DNA from: Lachnospiraceae bacterium
GTDB taxonomy: Bacteria > Bacillota > Clostridia > Lachnospirales > Lachnospiraceae
Assembly (NCBI GenBank): GCA_017465475.1
Contig: JAFTWC010000003.1
Location: 25,725 to 89,724, forward strand
Direction: 5' to 3'
DNA: 64,000 bases
In this document: positions 1 to 9,749 of the stretch, piece by piece
Layout of the letters: each line of letters opens with the position of its first letter
Numbering within the stretch: the stretch's first letter is position 1
Notes under the pieces: generated by a model
What the model saw: the letters and a program-made list of their open reading frames with translations, nothing else
Told to the model about the DNA's origin: nothing
Database searches by the model: none
Translations under genes and position numbers: made by a program

Positions 1-464
1 TGTGCGGATTGCATGCGGGAATTAAATGGGTAAATGATATTTTTATAAACGGAAAGAAAGTATGCGGCATCCTGGCAGAAGCGGAGATGAATCCGGAAAC
101 TGCCATGCCGGAGTATGTAATTCTCGGAATCGGAATTAATGTAAAGAAACAGTCTGTACCGGAAGAGTTAAAAGAAATTGCAGGTTGTCTGGAAGAATAC
201 GGAATGATGCCGGAAAAGAAAGAAGAGTTGATTGCAGCGGTATGGGAAGAATTCGGTATGCTTTATACCGACCTTTCTACGGCAGTCTATATGAAAGAAT
301 ACAAAGAACGGTCCGTTTTGTTAGGACGGGAAGTGACGGTATTTGCCGCAACCGGTGAGTACAAGGCTGTCGTATCGGATATTGACGAAGAAGGTCATCT
401 TGTGGTGGAACGGGACGGAAGTGTGCAGTATATTTCCACCGGAGAAGTCAGCGTCAGATTGTGA
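1..464 (+). CDS. birA: biotin--[acetyl-CoA-carboxylase] ligase, C-terminal part (gene begins upstream of the window)
   Basis: The reading frame is open to the window edge. The motif GIKWVNDIFINGKKVCGILAEA and the C-terminal tail are typical of BirA. bioY follows immediately. Confidence 0.85.
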   Translation, partial: CGLHAGIKWVNDIFINGKKVCGILAEAEMNPETAMPEYVILGIGINVKKQSVPEELKEIAGCLEEYGMMPEKKEELIAAVWEEFGMLYTDLSTAVYMKEYKERSVLLGREVTVFAATGEYKAVVSDIDEEGHLVVERDGSVQYISTGEVSVRL

Positions 465-483
465 CAAAAAAGGAGAAATTCGT

Positions 484-1107
484 TTGAAAAAGTCACGAAA
501 GAAATTACAATTCGAAAAAAATGAAAAATTGAACTATCGAGAAAACACGAAAAATAGAAGTGATACAGCTGTAGAATTAACAAAAACAGCATTGTTTACA
601 GCAATATTTTGTGTGTTATCCCCTCACACCCTGTATGTGTTTCTGCCCTTTAGTCCCATAGGAATTACATTCGGAAGTTTTCTGGTGTACATGGCAGGAT
701 TGCTTTTGGGGCTCCGTAGCGGATGTATCAGTGTGTTACTCTACTTGGGACTGGGATTTTTGGGATTACCGGTATTTGCAGGGTATCAGGCAGGTGCGGG
801 CATATTATTTGGTCCTACCGGCGGTTTTCTTTTAGGATATTTGCCTTGTGTTCTGGTAATCGGCATTCTGATGCAAAGAGTAGAGAAAATTAAACGGGGA
901 GAACTACGTTTTTTGATCGGAATGATGTTGGGAACGTTATTGCTGTATTTATGCGGTGTGATTTGGTTTTGCCTGGTATATACAAAGGATGTTACACTAA
1001 AAAGTGCGGTAATGGCATGTGTGCTACCGTTTTTGCCCTTTGACGGAATAAAAATTGCGGTTGCAATGATTTTATATAAACCGTTGCAACGTTTGAGACA
1101 GAGTTGA
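484..1107 (+). CDS. bioY: biotin transporter BioY (ECF S-component type)
   Basis: Multi-pass hydrophobic protein of BioY type located after birA. I chose the TTG at 484, 8 nt after AAAGGAG, because the longer ORF from 343 overlaps birA. Confidence 0.75.
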   Translation: MKKSRKKLQFEKNEKLNYRENTKNRSDTAVELTKTALFTAIFCVLSPHTLYVFLPFSPIGITFGSFLVYMAGLLLGLRSGCISVLLYLGLGFLGLPVFAGYQAGAGILFGPTGGFLLGYLPCVLVIGILMQRVEKIKRGELRFLIGMMLGTLLLYLCGVIWFCLVYTKDVTLKSAVMACVLPFLPFDGIKIAVAMILYKPLQRLRQS

Positions 1108-1170
1108 TATTGCAAATGAATGAAAGAAGAAAATACAAAGTGTAGACAGAATAATCAGGAGGTTAAAATT

Positions 1171-2034
1171 ATGAAAATCAGTGAGATGTATCAAAAAAAG
1201 AAACCGGTGCTTTCCTTTGAAATTTTTCCGCCGAAAAGAGACACTACGTTAAAGAGTATTGATGAGACTTTGGAAGTATTATGCGGGCTTTCTCCGGATT
1301 TTATCAGTGTTACCTTCGGAGCGGGCGGTTCTGCCACCAACAGTCTTACGGTGGGACTGGCGAAAAAAATAAAGAAGGAGTACGGAATCGAACCGGTAGT
1401 GCATCTTACTTGTATCAATTATACGAAAGAAGAGATTTTAGCTTTTGCGGATGAATTGGCAGAAGCGGAAATTGAAAATGTACTGGCGCTTCGTGGCGAC
1501 CGGAATCCGGATATTGCGCCGAAGGAAGAGTTTTTCTATGCATCGGAGTTGGTGTCATTTTTAAAGGAGAAGAGAAGTAATCTTTGTGTAGGAGGTGCCT
1601 GCTATCCGGAAGGACACACGGAAGCGGTAAGTAAGGTGGCAGACTTACATAATTTGAAAAAGAAAGCAGAAGCAGGCGCGGAATTTTTGATTTCCCAGTT
1701 GTTCTTTGATAATGATTTGTTCTATAAGTTCAGGGAAAACATGCAGATTGCGGATATTAAGCCTCCGGTTTCTGCGGGAATTATGCCGGTGATTAACCGG
1801 GCACAGATTGAACGGATGGTAACATTATGCGGAGCATCCCTGCCGGAAAAGTTTCGTCGTATTTTAAGTAAATATGAGTTTGAGAAAGACGCGTTGTTTG
1901 ATGCCGGAATGGTGTATGCGGTGAACCAGATTGTAGATTTGGTAGCCCATGATACGGATGGAATTCATGTGTATACCATGAATAATCCGGTGGTAGCAAA
2001 GCGGATTTGTGATGAGATAAAGAATTTAATTTAG
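1171..2034 (+). CDS. metF: 5,10-methylenetetrahydrofolate reductase
   Basis: N-terminus MKISEMYQKKKPVLSFEIFPPK and internal HLTC and ALRGD motifs are typical of MetF. The ATG at 1171 is preceded by AGGAGG. Confidence 0.9.
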   Translation: MKISEMYQKKKPVLSFEIFPPKRDTTLKSIDETLEVLCGLSPDFISVTFGAGGSATNSLTVGLAKKIKKEYGIEPVVHLTCINYTKEEILAFADELAEAEIENVLALRGDRNPDIAPKEEFFYASELVSFLKEKRSNLCVGGACYPEGHTEAVSKVADLHNLKKKAEAGAEFLISQLFFDNDLFYKFRENMQIADIKPPVSAGIMPVINRAQIERMVTLCGASLPEKFRRILSKYEFEKDALFDAGMVYAVNQIVDLVAHDTDGIHVYTMNNPVVAKRICDEIKNLI

Positions 2035-2046
2035 GCGGTGAGGAAA

Positions 2047-4548
2047 ATGACAAAGAATGAGTTCAGAGAGCTGGCAGAAGGTCGTCTGGTATTTTTAGAC
2101 GGCGCCACAGGCAGTAATTTACAACGGGCGGGAATGCCGACAGGAGTTTGTCCGGAACAGTGGATTTTAGAAAATCCGGATTGTTTTATACAGTTACAGA
2201 AAAGCTATCTTCACCGGGGAACGGATATTTTATATGCCCCGACCTTTTCTGCAAACCGGATTAAGCTTTCCGAGTATGGCCTTGCGGACCGTGCAGAGGA
2301 GATGAATGAGCAGCTGGTGGCATTAAGTAAACGTGCTGTGGGGGAATACATGGTGGAAAAGCGGAATGCGGAAACCATTCCGTTGATTGCCGGGGATGTT
2401 ACCATGACCGGACAGTTATTACAGCCCTTAGGACCTCTTTCTTTTGAAGAAGCGGTAGCAGTCTACAAAGAACAAATGACAACGTTATACCGTGCCGGTG
2501 TAGATTTGTTTGTGGTGGAAACCATGATGAGCTTACAGGAAGCCAGAGCGGCACTCATCGCAGCAGGGGAAGTGTGTGATTTGCCGGTGATGGTGACCAT
2601 GACCTTTGATGAAAGTGCGCATACCTTGTACGGAACGGAACCGGAGACGGCCATGCTTGTTTTGCAGGGGCTGGGCGCAGATGCGGTAGGTATCAATTGT
2701 GGTGCCGGCCCGGCGAATTGTCTGGAAGTGGTAAAGCGAATGAAAGCAGTGGCAAATGTACCGGTGATTGCCAAGCCCAATGCGGGGATGCCAAAGCTGG
2801 TGGACGGTGTAACCGTTTATGACCAGACGCCGGACGTGTTTGCCAGAGAGATGAAAGGTTTGATAGATGCCGGGGCCGGAATTTTAGGCGGTTGTTGCGG
2901 TACTACGCCGGACCATATAGCGGCATTGTATGAAAGCTTTTCCAAAAAACATCCGCCTCATATCGAGACTGCACCGGTGCGCGCATTAAGCAATGAGCGT
3001 CGTACTTTGTTTGTGTCATTGGACGGTTCTTTTCTTCCGGTGGGAGAACGGATTAACCCGACGGGGAAGAAAAAGTTTCAAGAGTCTCTTCGTACAGGAG
3101 ATATTTCTATGGCGTTGCAGTTTGCCAGAGAACAGGAAGAAAACGGAGCGGCGATTTTAGACATTAATGTAGGAATGGGCGGAATTGATGAAAAAGAGAT
3201 GATGTGCCGGATTGTGGAGGCGGTTTCTCAGGAGACGAACCTTCCGCTGTCCATTGATACCAGTGATGCGGATGTGATGGAAGCTGCATTGCGGATTTAT
3301 CCGGGTCGTGCATTGGTCAATTCTGTTTCTTTGGAGGAAGGTCGTGCCGAGCGGTTGTTTCCGTTGGTGAAAAAGTACGGTGCCATGGTGGTGGTGTTGC
3401 CTCTTGACAGTAACGGATTGCCGAAAAATGCATCGGAGCGAAGAGAGAATCTCCATACATTAGTACAAAAAGCAAGTATTTACGGGATTCCGAAAGAATC
3501 TATTGTGGCGGACGGTTTAGTTATGACAGTGGGAGCAGAGCCAAACGCAGCATTGGAGGCACTGGACACCATAAAATATTGTAAGGAAGAATTAGGCGTG
3601 GCAACCACCTGTGGCCTTTCCAATATTTCTTACGGTCTGCCGGAGCGAGGCTATATTAATACTGCATTTTTGATGATGGCAATTACAAACGGTCTTACCA
3701 TGGCAATCGTAAATCCGAACCAGGATTTATTGATGAATCTTGTCTATGCATCAGAGCTTTTAAGAGCGAAGGAAGAGTCTGCAAAGCGTTATATCGAGCG
3801 GGCGGAATGGATTGGAGCAAAAAAGGAAGAAGAAGCATTGCAGGCGGCAAAAACAGCACCGGTCACACCGGAAAAGCCGGTAAGGACAGAAGCGAATAAA
3901 AGTGTAACCTCACCGGAAACTCCGTTAATGCAGGCAGTATTACGGGGAGATCAAAAAAATGTGAAAGCACTGACGGAGCAGCTGTTAGCGGAGGGAAAAG
4001 AGGCCTCGGTATTGTTGGAGAAAGAGCTGATTCCGGCCATTACGGAAGCCGGGACGCGGTTTGAACAGAAAAAGTTTTTCCTGCCGCAGTTAATCGGGGC
4101 AGCGGAGGCCATGAAAGCAGCAGTGGAATTATTGGAGCCTCAGCTGCAAAAAAGCGGTGATGTGAAAGCCTCCGGAACCATCGTGATAGCCACGGTAGAA
4201 GGGGATATTCATGACATCGGAAAAAATCTGGTGACACTGATGTTAAAGAATCACGGTTTTTCTGTCATTGATTTGGGAAAAGATGTGACGGCAGAGCGTA
4301 TTATAGAAGAAGCAAAGAAAGCGGACGCGGATTTGATTGCATTATCGGCACTTATGACGACTACCATGCGGTTTATGGCAGAAGTAGTGGAAGTACGGAA
4401 CAGAGAAAACCTTCGTGCTAAGATTATGATTGGCGGAGCCGTAACCACAGAAGAGTATGCAAAAGAAATCGGAGCGGACGGTTATGCGAAGGATGCACAG
4501 GGGGCCGTTACCCTGGCAAAGCAATTGATAGGAGGAACAAACGAATGA
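2047..4548 (+). CDS. metH: methionine synthase, short clostridial type (homocysteine S-methyltransferase + pterin-binding + B12-binding domains, no AdoMet reactivation domain)
   Basis: The Hcy-binding GGCCGTTP motif, a pterin-binding region and the B12 motif EGDIHDIGKN (DxHxxG) are present. The protein ends right after the B12 domain. GTG 2038 is an alternative start. Confidence 0.9.
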   Translation: MTKNEFRELAEGRLVFLDGATGSNLQRAGMPTGVCPEQWILENPDCFIQLQKSYLHRGTDILYAPTFSANRIKLSEYGLADRAEEMNEQLVALSKRAVGEYMVEKRNAETIPLIAGDVTMTGQLLQPLGPLSFEEAVAVYKEQMTTLYRAGVDLFVVETMMSLQEARAALIAAGEVCDLPVMVTMTFDESAHTLYGTEPETAMLVLQGLGADAVGINCGAGPANCLEVVKRMKAVANVPVIAKPNAGMPKLVDGVTVYDQTPDVFAREMKGLIDAGAGILGGCCGTTPDHIAALYESFSKKHPPHIETAPVRALSNERRTLFVSLDGSFLPVGERINPTGKKKFQESLRTGDISMALQFAREQEENGAAILDINVGMGGIDEKEMMCRIVEAVSQETNLPLSIDTSDADVMEAALRIYPGRALVNSVSLEEGRAERLFPLVKKYGAMVVVLPLDSNGLPKNASERRENLHTLVQKASIYGIPKESIVADGLVMTVGAEPNAALEALDTIKYCKEELGVATTCGLSNISYGLPERGYINTAFLMMAITNGLTMAIVNPNQDLLMNLVYASELLRAKEESAKRYIERAEWIGAKKEEEALQAAKTAPVTPEKPVRTEANKSVTSPETPLMQAVLRGDQKNVKALTEQLLAEGKEASVLLEKELIPAITEAGTRFEQKKFFLPQLIGAAEAMKAAVELLEPQLQKSGDVKASGTIVIATVEGDIHDIGKNLVTLMLKNHGFSVIDLGKDVTAERIIEEAKKADADLIALSALMTTTMRFMAEVVEVRNRENLRAKIMIGGAVTTEEYAKEIGADGYAKDAQGAVTLAKQLIGGTNE

Positions 4549-5504
4549 CAAAGCGAATGAGAGGAAATCTCCTGCTATTGTTGGCAGCATTAATCTGGGG
4601 CTTTTCTTTTGTGGCGCAAAGTGAAGGTATGAAATATATCGGGCCTTTTGCCTTCATCGGTATCAGGTCCATGCTTGCCGGAGTTTCTCTGGCGGCCTTT
4701 ATTGCGGTAAGGGAGTTAAGAAAGAAGACGAAAAACATCGGAAAAAAACACGGAGACCCTATGTCGACGGCTACGATGACAGAAGCGACGGAGAAAAAGG
4801 GACAGGAAAAGAAGAATCTGGTTCTCGGGGGATGCTGTTGCGGTATTATCCTGTTTGCGGCAACCATGTTACAGCAAATCGGAATTATGCATAACAATGA
4901 GCCGGGGAAAGCAGGATTTATTACGGCACTGTATTTGATTTTCGTACCTCTTACCGGTATTTTTGTACGAAAGAAAGTGGGAAGAAAAGTCTGGATTGCG
5001 GTGGCGTTAGCGGTATGCGGCATGTATTTGTTATGCATCAAGGGCGGACTCCACATGGCAGTGGGAGATTTGTATCTGTTGGGATGCGCTTTTGTGTTTA
5101 CGGCACATATTTTGGTAATTGATTTCTTTTCTCCGAAGGTGGATGGCGTTGCCATGTCCTGTATCCAGTTTTTGCTGTGCGGAGTATTGGGGATGACAGG
5201 AATGTTTCTGACGGAGCAGGTTGAACTGGTTCACATATTAGAAGCGTGGCTGCCACTGGTTTTCTCCGGCGTTTTTTCCGGAGGTGTGGCTTATACATTA
5301 CAGATTGTGGCGCAAAAGGATACGGAGCCGGCCACAGCTTCCCTGCTTATGAGTTTGGAATCGGTATTTGCCGTACTGGGAGAGTGGATTATTTTAGGTG
5401 AAGTGTTGACGGAACGGGAATTTTTGGGCTGTGCACTGATGTTTGCAGGAATTATTTTATCCCAACGACCGGATAAGCCGGGAGAGAAAACGACAGAGAT
5501 TTAA
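4545..5504 (+). CDS. DMT superfamily (EamA-like) transporter
   Basis: About 10 predicted TM segments with two EamA-like halves. ATGA start/stop overlap with metH. Confidence 0.8.
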   Translation: MTKRMRGNLLLLLAALIWGFSFVAQSEGMKYIGPFAFIGIRSMLAGVSLAAFIAVRELRKKTKNIGKKHGDPMSTATMTEATEKKGQEKKNLVLGGCCCGIILFAATMLQQIGIMHNNEPGKAGFITALYLIFVPLTGIFVRKKVGRKVWIAVALAVCGMYLLCIKGGLHMAVGDLYLLGCAFVFTAHILVIDFFSPKVDGVAMSCIQFLLCGVLGMTGMFLTEQVELVHILEAWLPLVFSGVFSGGVAYTLQIVAQKDTEPATASLLMSLESVFAVLGEWIILGEVLTEREFLGCALMFAGIILSQRPDKPGEKTTEI

Positions 5505-5601
5505 CGTTGTGTATTTGAAAGTTTTATGCTATGATAAGAAAAGAAGCAAAATAAAACAAGTGCGAGAACAGAGTTTTTAGACTCGTGCGGAAAGAGGGAG
5601 C

Positions 5602-6531
5602 ATGTATTCGGTTGAATTAAAGAAAGTTGTAGAAAAAATGCAGTTGGAAAATTGTACGCCGGAAATCGATATCAGTGATATTCTGATTAAGCAACCGGAT
5701 GTAAATCGTCCGGCATTGCAGCTGGCCGGCTTTTTTGATTACTTTGATGCGGAGCGCGTGCAGATTATCGGTAATGTAGAGCATGCTTATATGGAGAAAA
5801 TGGAAAAGGATCACGGTATCAGCATTATGAAAAAGCTGTTGAGCTTTAAGGTGCCGTGTATTGTGTTCTGCCGTAATATCGAAGTTCCGGAGGATATGAG
5901 AAAGATAGCCATCGAGGCAGGAGTTCCGTTATTCCGTTCCGAGGCATCCACTTCTTCTTTTGCAGCGGAGTTGATTCGCTGGCTGAAGGTTGAGCTTGCA
6001 CCGCGTATTTCCATTCACGGCGTACTGGTGGATGTATACGGCGAAGGTATCCTGATTATGGGAGAAAGCGGAATCGGTAAGAGTGAGGCTGCATTGGAGC
6101 TGATTAAGCGCGGTCACCGCCTGGTATCCGATGATGTGGTTGAAATTAAGAAAGTTAGTGACGAAACCTTAATCGGTACGGCACCGGATATTACAAGACA
6201 CTTTATTGAACTTCGCGGTATCGGTATTATTGATGTAAAGACACTGTTCGGTGTAGAAAGCGTAAAGAATACCCAGTCCATTGACCTTGTTATCAAATTG
6301 GAAGAATGGAATCGGGATAAGGAATATGACCGTTTCGGTTTGGAAGAGGAGTATACGGAGTTTTTGGGAAACAAAGTGGTTTGCCATTCCATTCCGATTC
6401 GTCCGGGGCGTAACCTGGCGATTATCTGTGAGGCGGCAGCAGTAAATTACCGTCAGAAGAAGATGGGATATAATGCAGCGCAGGAGCTTTATAATCGTGT
6501 AACAAGCAACTTAATGAAAAAGAATGATTAA
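5602..6531 (+). CDS. hprK: HPr kinase/phosphorylase
   Basis: Walker A GESGIGKSEAALELIKRGHRLVSDD and the overall length are typical of HprK. Confidence 0.95.
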   Translation: MYSVELKKVVEKMQLENCTPEIDISDILIKQPDVNRPALQLAGFFDYFDAERVQIIGNVEHAYMEKMEKDHGISIMKKLLSFKVPCIVFCRNIEVPEDMRKIAIEAGVPLFRSEASTSSFAAELIRWLKVELAPRISIHGVLVDVYGEGILIMGESGIGKSEAALELIKRGHRLVSDDVVEIKKVSDETLIGTAPDITRHFIELRGIGIIDVKTLFGVESVKNTQSIDLVIKLEEWNRDKEYDRFGLEEEYTEFLGNKVVCHSIPIRPGRNLAIICEAAAVNYRQKKMGYNAAQELYNRVTSNLMKKND

Positions 6532-6546
6532 GAATAGGAGAACGTA

Positions 6547-7497
6547 ATGGAACAGGTTGTTTTCGGAATTGATATCGGAGGAACCTCCGTAAAGTGCGGT
6601 TTGTTTACCGCAGAAGGCACGGTAAAGGAAAAGTGGGAAATTCCGACGGATCGTACCGACGGCGGAAAGAATGTACCGCAGGATATTGCCAATGCAATTA
6701 ATAAAAAGTGCGAGGAACTGGGAATCGCCAAGGAACAGGTGGCAGGTGTAGGATTAGGAGTACCGGGTCCGGTAAAGGAAAACGGTTATGTATCCCATTG
6801 TCCGAATCTCGGTTGGAGAGATATTAATGTAAATGAAGTAATGACGAAGTTAACCGGTGTTCCGTCAGTGGCAGCAAATGATGCTAATGTGGCAGCCCTG
6901 GGTGAAATGTGGCAGGGTGGCGGTAAAGGCGTAAAGAACATGGTGTTAGTAACCTTAGGAACCGGTGTCGGCGGCGGCATTATTGTAGAAGGAAAGATTG
7001 TAGCAGGTGCATTCGGCGCCGGCGGTGAGCTTGGTCATATGATTATGAATCCGCAGGAAACCGTACAGTGCGGTTGCGGCGGGTTCGGTCATTTGGAGCA
7101 GTATGCATCGGCGACCGGTATTGTGCGCATGGCAAAGAAGCGTCTTTCGGAAACAACGGATGCTTCGGCACTGCGGGAAATCGAGCCGCTTACCGCAAAG
7201 GATATTTTTGATGCGGCAAAGGCGGGAGATACCGTGGCTGCAGAATTGGTAGAAGAGTTGGGAGAAGTATTGGGCAGAGCCCTTTCCCATGTGGCAGCCG
7301 TAACCGATCCGGAAGCATTTGTCATCGGTGGCGGTGTATCCCGTGCGGGAGAGATTTTAACAAAAACTGTGGAACGTCATTATAATAAAGGTATTATGAA
7401 GGCACTTTCCGGAAAGGAATTTCGTCTTGCAACTCTTGGCAATGATGCCGGAATTTACGGGTGTGCCAAGATGATTTTAGACCGTTTGGAAAAATAA
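6547..7497 (+). CDS. glcK: ROK family glucokinase
   Basis: N-terminal GIDIGGTSVK motif, and the ROK zinc motif GHM...CGCGGFGHLE. Confidence 0.85.
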   Translation: MEQVVFGIDIGGTSVKCGLFTAEGTVKEKWEIPTDRTDGGKNVPQDIANAINKKCEELGIAKEQVAGVGLGVPGPVKENGYVSHCPNLGWRDINVNEVMTKLTGVPSVAANDANVAALGEMWQGGGKGVKNMVLVTLGTGVGGGIIVEGKIVAGAFGAGGELGHMIMNPQETVQCGCGGFGHLEQYASATGIVRMAKKRLSETTDASALREIEPLTAKDIFDAAKAGDTVAAELVEELGEVLGRALSHVAAVTDPEAFVIGGGVSRAGEILTKTVERHYNKGIMKALSGKEFRLATLGNDAGIYGCAKMILDRLEK

Positions 7498-7510
7498 AGG
7501 GGGAAATGAT

Positions 7511-8446
7511 TTGGAAGCTTTTTACGAAGAACTCTGTAAGATAATTACAAAAGAAAATGGTGTTCTGCGCGAGGAGCCTATGAAAAATCATACAACATTT
7601 CGTGTAGGAGGCCCGGCAGAATACTTTGTAACCGTATCTGTCACAGAGGAGTTACAGGAGGTAATCAGGCTTTGTAACCGATGCGGTGTGGACTGGTTTG
7701 TGTTGGGAAACGGCAGTAATCTGTTGGTGTCCGATGCCGGAGTGAGGGGAGTCATCCTGCGTCTTGCGGGAGAGTTTGCACAGTGTGAAATAAAAGAAAA
7801 TGTAGAAGACGGAACGGCAGAAGCCGTGGCAGGTGCGGGTATGATGTTATCTGCATTTGCCATGGCTCTGGCGAAAAAAGGGTTTTCCGGATTCGAATTT
7901 GCAGCCGGAATTCCGGGTAGCGTGGGTGGCGCGGTAATGATGAATGCCGGTGCCTACGGTGGTGAAATAAAGGATTGCATTACAAAGGCTGAAATCGTAA
8001 CCGCCGATGGTGAGGTTACGATTTTGAACGCAGAGGAGTTGGAACTTTCCTATCGCCATAGTATTCTTATGGAGAAAAAGGGAATTGTAACCAAGGCATG
8101 GTTTTCTTTTCCTATCGGTTCAAAGCTTTATATTTTATCCAATATTGAAATGTTAAATCGGAAACGCAGAGAAAAGCAACCGTTAGAGTACCCAAGTGCC
8201 GGCTCTACCTTTAAACGGCCGGAAGGGTATTTTGCCGGAAAGCTGATTATGGAAGCAGGCCTTGCGGGAAAACAAATCGGAGGGGCTGCGGTTTCGGAGA
8301 AACATTGCGGTTTTGTGATTAACAAAGATCATGCAACGGCAACGGATATTTACAAGTTGATGCAGTATGTGACAGAACAGGTAGAAGCGGTGAGCGGAGT
8401 GCGCTTGGAGCCGGAAGTTAAGCTATTGGGCGACTTTTCCGTTTAG
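7511..8446 (+). CDS. murB: UDP-N-acetylenolpyruvoylglucosamine reductase
   Basis: MKNHTTFRVGGPAEYF, GNGSNLLV and SAGSTFKRP motifs. TTG start 5 nt after AAGGGGGA. Confidence 0.9.
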   Translation: MEAFYEELCKIITKENGVLREEPMKNHTTFRVGGPAEYFVTVSVTEELQEVIRLCNRCGVDWFVLGNGSNLLVSDAGVRGVILRLAGEFAQCEIKENVEDGTAEAVAGAGMMLSAFAMALAKKGFSGFEFAAGIPGSVGGAVMMNAGAYGGEIKDCITKAEIVTADGEVTILNAEELELSYRHSILMEKKGIVTKAWFSFPIGSKLYILSNIEMLNRKRREKQPLEYPSAGSTFKRPEGYFAGKLIMEAGLAGKQIGGAAVSEKHCGFVINKDHATATDIYKLMQYVTEQVEAVSGVRLEPEVKLLGDFSV

Positions 8447-8464
8447 TGTTACCGGAGGGAAATT

Positions 8465-9400
8465 ATGTCGTTTTCAATGGAAGTAAAGGAAGAACTTTTC
8501 GGGGTAAATGTACAGGCAAGGCATTGCAGAATTGCCGAACTTTCAGCCCTGATTACGGAATGTGGGAAAATAGATGTTGACAAAAGTGGACATCTTCATA
8601 TAAAATTACAAACGGAAAGCGGATATGTTGCCGGAAAGTGTAATATACTTTTAAAAAGGCTGTGTGAGATTCCTTTTGAGGTATCGGTACGTACAGGAAA
8701 GGGCAGGCAGTCCGTAGCGTTGTATTCCATAGATATACCGGGGGATACCAACGTACGAAAAGTATTGGAACTCTTAAAAATAAAAGTATCCGGCAAAGAA
8801 GGTGTACTGAAAGCCGACGGTATGGTGCATTTACATACGTGTTGCAAACGAGCTTTTTTGCGAGGAGCTTTTTTAGCGTCCGGTTCCATCAGTAATCCGA
8901 ACAAATCGTATCACTTTGAAATCAGTGAACCGGAACAGGGACGGGCAGACTCATTGGCTGAGTTGATTCGTTTCTTTGATGTGGACGCAAAAACCATCCT
9001 GCGGAAGCATTATCATGTAGTATATGTAAAAGAAGGAGCACAGGTAGCAGAGCTCTTAAATATAATGGAAGCGCATGTTGCATTAATGAATTTTGAAAAT
9101 GTGCGTATTGTGAAGGACGTACGGAATTCCGTGAACCGTCAGGTGAACTGCGAGACTGCGAACTTAAGCAAGACTGTCAATGCGGCAAGAAAACAATACG
9201 AAGATATCGTGTTGATTCGTGATCGTGTCGGGCTACAGAGCTTATCGGAGCAGTTAGAGAGTGTGGCACAGCTCAGGTTGGAATATCCGGAAGCATCGTT
9301 AATTGAACTGGGGGAGATGTTAAGTCCGAAGTTGGGGAAGTCGGGAGTCAATCACCGATTGAAAAAAATCAGCGAATATGCAGAAAGTTTGCGAGGATAA
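8465..9400 (+). CDS. whiA: DNA-binding protein WhiA
   Basis: N-terminus MSFSMEVKEEL, LAGLIDADG-like middle region and a C-terminal HTH (GKSGVNHRLKKI). Confidence 0.9.
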   Translation: MSFSMEVKEELFGVNVQARHCRIAELSALITECGKIDVDKSGHLHIKLQTESGYVAGKCNILLKRLCEIPFEVSVRTGKGRQSVALYSIDIPGDTNVRKVLELLKIKVSGKEGVLKADGMVHLHTCCKRAFLRGAFLASGSISNPNKSYHFEISEPEQGRADSLAELIRFFDVDAKTILRKHYHVVYVKEGAQVAELLNIMEAHVALMNFENVRIVKDVRNSVNRQVNCETANLSKTVNAARKQYEDIVLIRDRVGLQSLSEQLESVAQLRLEYPEASLIELGEMLSPKLGKSGVNHRLKKISEYAESLRG

Positions 9401-9418
9401 CCAGAAGGAGGATTAGGA

Positions 9419-9676
9419 ATGATTTCAAAGAGTATCACAATTAGCATACCGTCCGGTTTGGAAGCAAGACCGGTGGCGCTTTTGGTGCAGGTTGCAAGTC
9501 GGTTTGACAGCAAAATTACCATTGAAAGCGGCGAGAAGACAGTGAATGCAAAGAGTATCATGGGAATGATGACCCTGGGACTTGCCGCAGGAGAACAAGT
9601 AACTGTCAATGCAGACGGTGCGGATGAAGAGAATGCAATTGCTGAAATTGAAAAGTATCTGAACGCAGAGAATTAA
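9419..9676 (+). CDS. HPr-family phosphocarrier-like protein, Crh type (Glu at position 15, Ser46 kept)
   Basis: 85 aa. GLEARPV replaces GLHARPA. NAKSIMGMM keeps Ser46. It sits downstream of whiA, as crh does in Bacillus. Confidence 0.85.
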   Translation: MISKSITISIPSGLEARPVALLVQVASRFDSKITIESGEKTVNAKSIMGMMTLGLAAGEQVTVNADGADEENAIAEIEKYLNAEN

Positions 9677-9683
9677 CGGAGAT

Positions 9684-9720
9684 GCCGTAAAGATGCAAGA
9701 GTGTGTCTTTGCGGCTTTTT
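9684..9720 (+). terminator. intrinsic terminator after the HPr-like gene
   Basis: 10-bp stem GCCGTAAAGA/TCTTTGCGGC (one G-U pair) followed by TTTTT. Confidence 0.6.
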
Positions 9721-9749
9721 GCTTTTAATGGGCGGAGAAAGGAGCAGGT

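Noticed and set aside
343-483. The long form of the bioY ORF starting at ATG 343.
   Set aside because: It would overlap the last 120 nt of birA in another frame. The overlapping part does not look like membrane protein, and a TTG with a good RBS follows the birA stop.
1108-1170. A SAM or other riboswitch upstream of metF-metH.
   Set aside because: The gap after bioY is only about 60 nt and holds just the RBS, so there is no room for an aptamer.
4508-5155. Long antisense ORFs inside well-supported genes (for example 4508-5155, 11637-12185, 13285-13863, 28099-28668, 31044-31520 and 61276-61752, all on the minus strand).
   Set aside because: Each lies fully within a recognisable + strand gene, has no RBS, and gives a low-complexity or biased composition. 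These are typical shadow ORFs.
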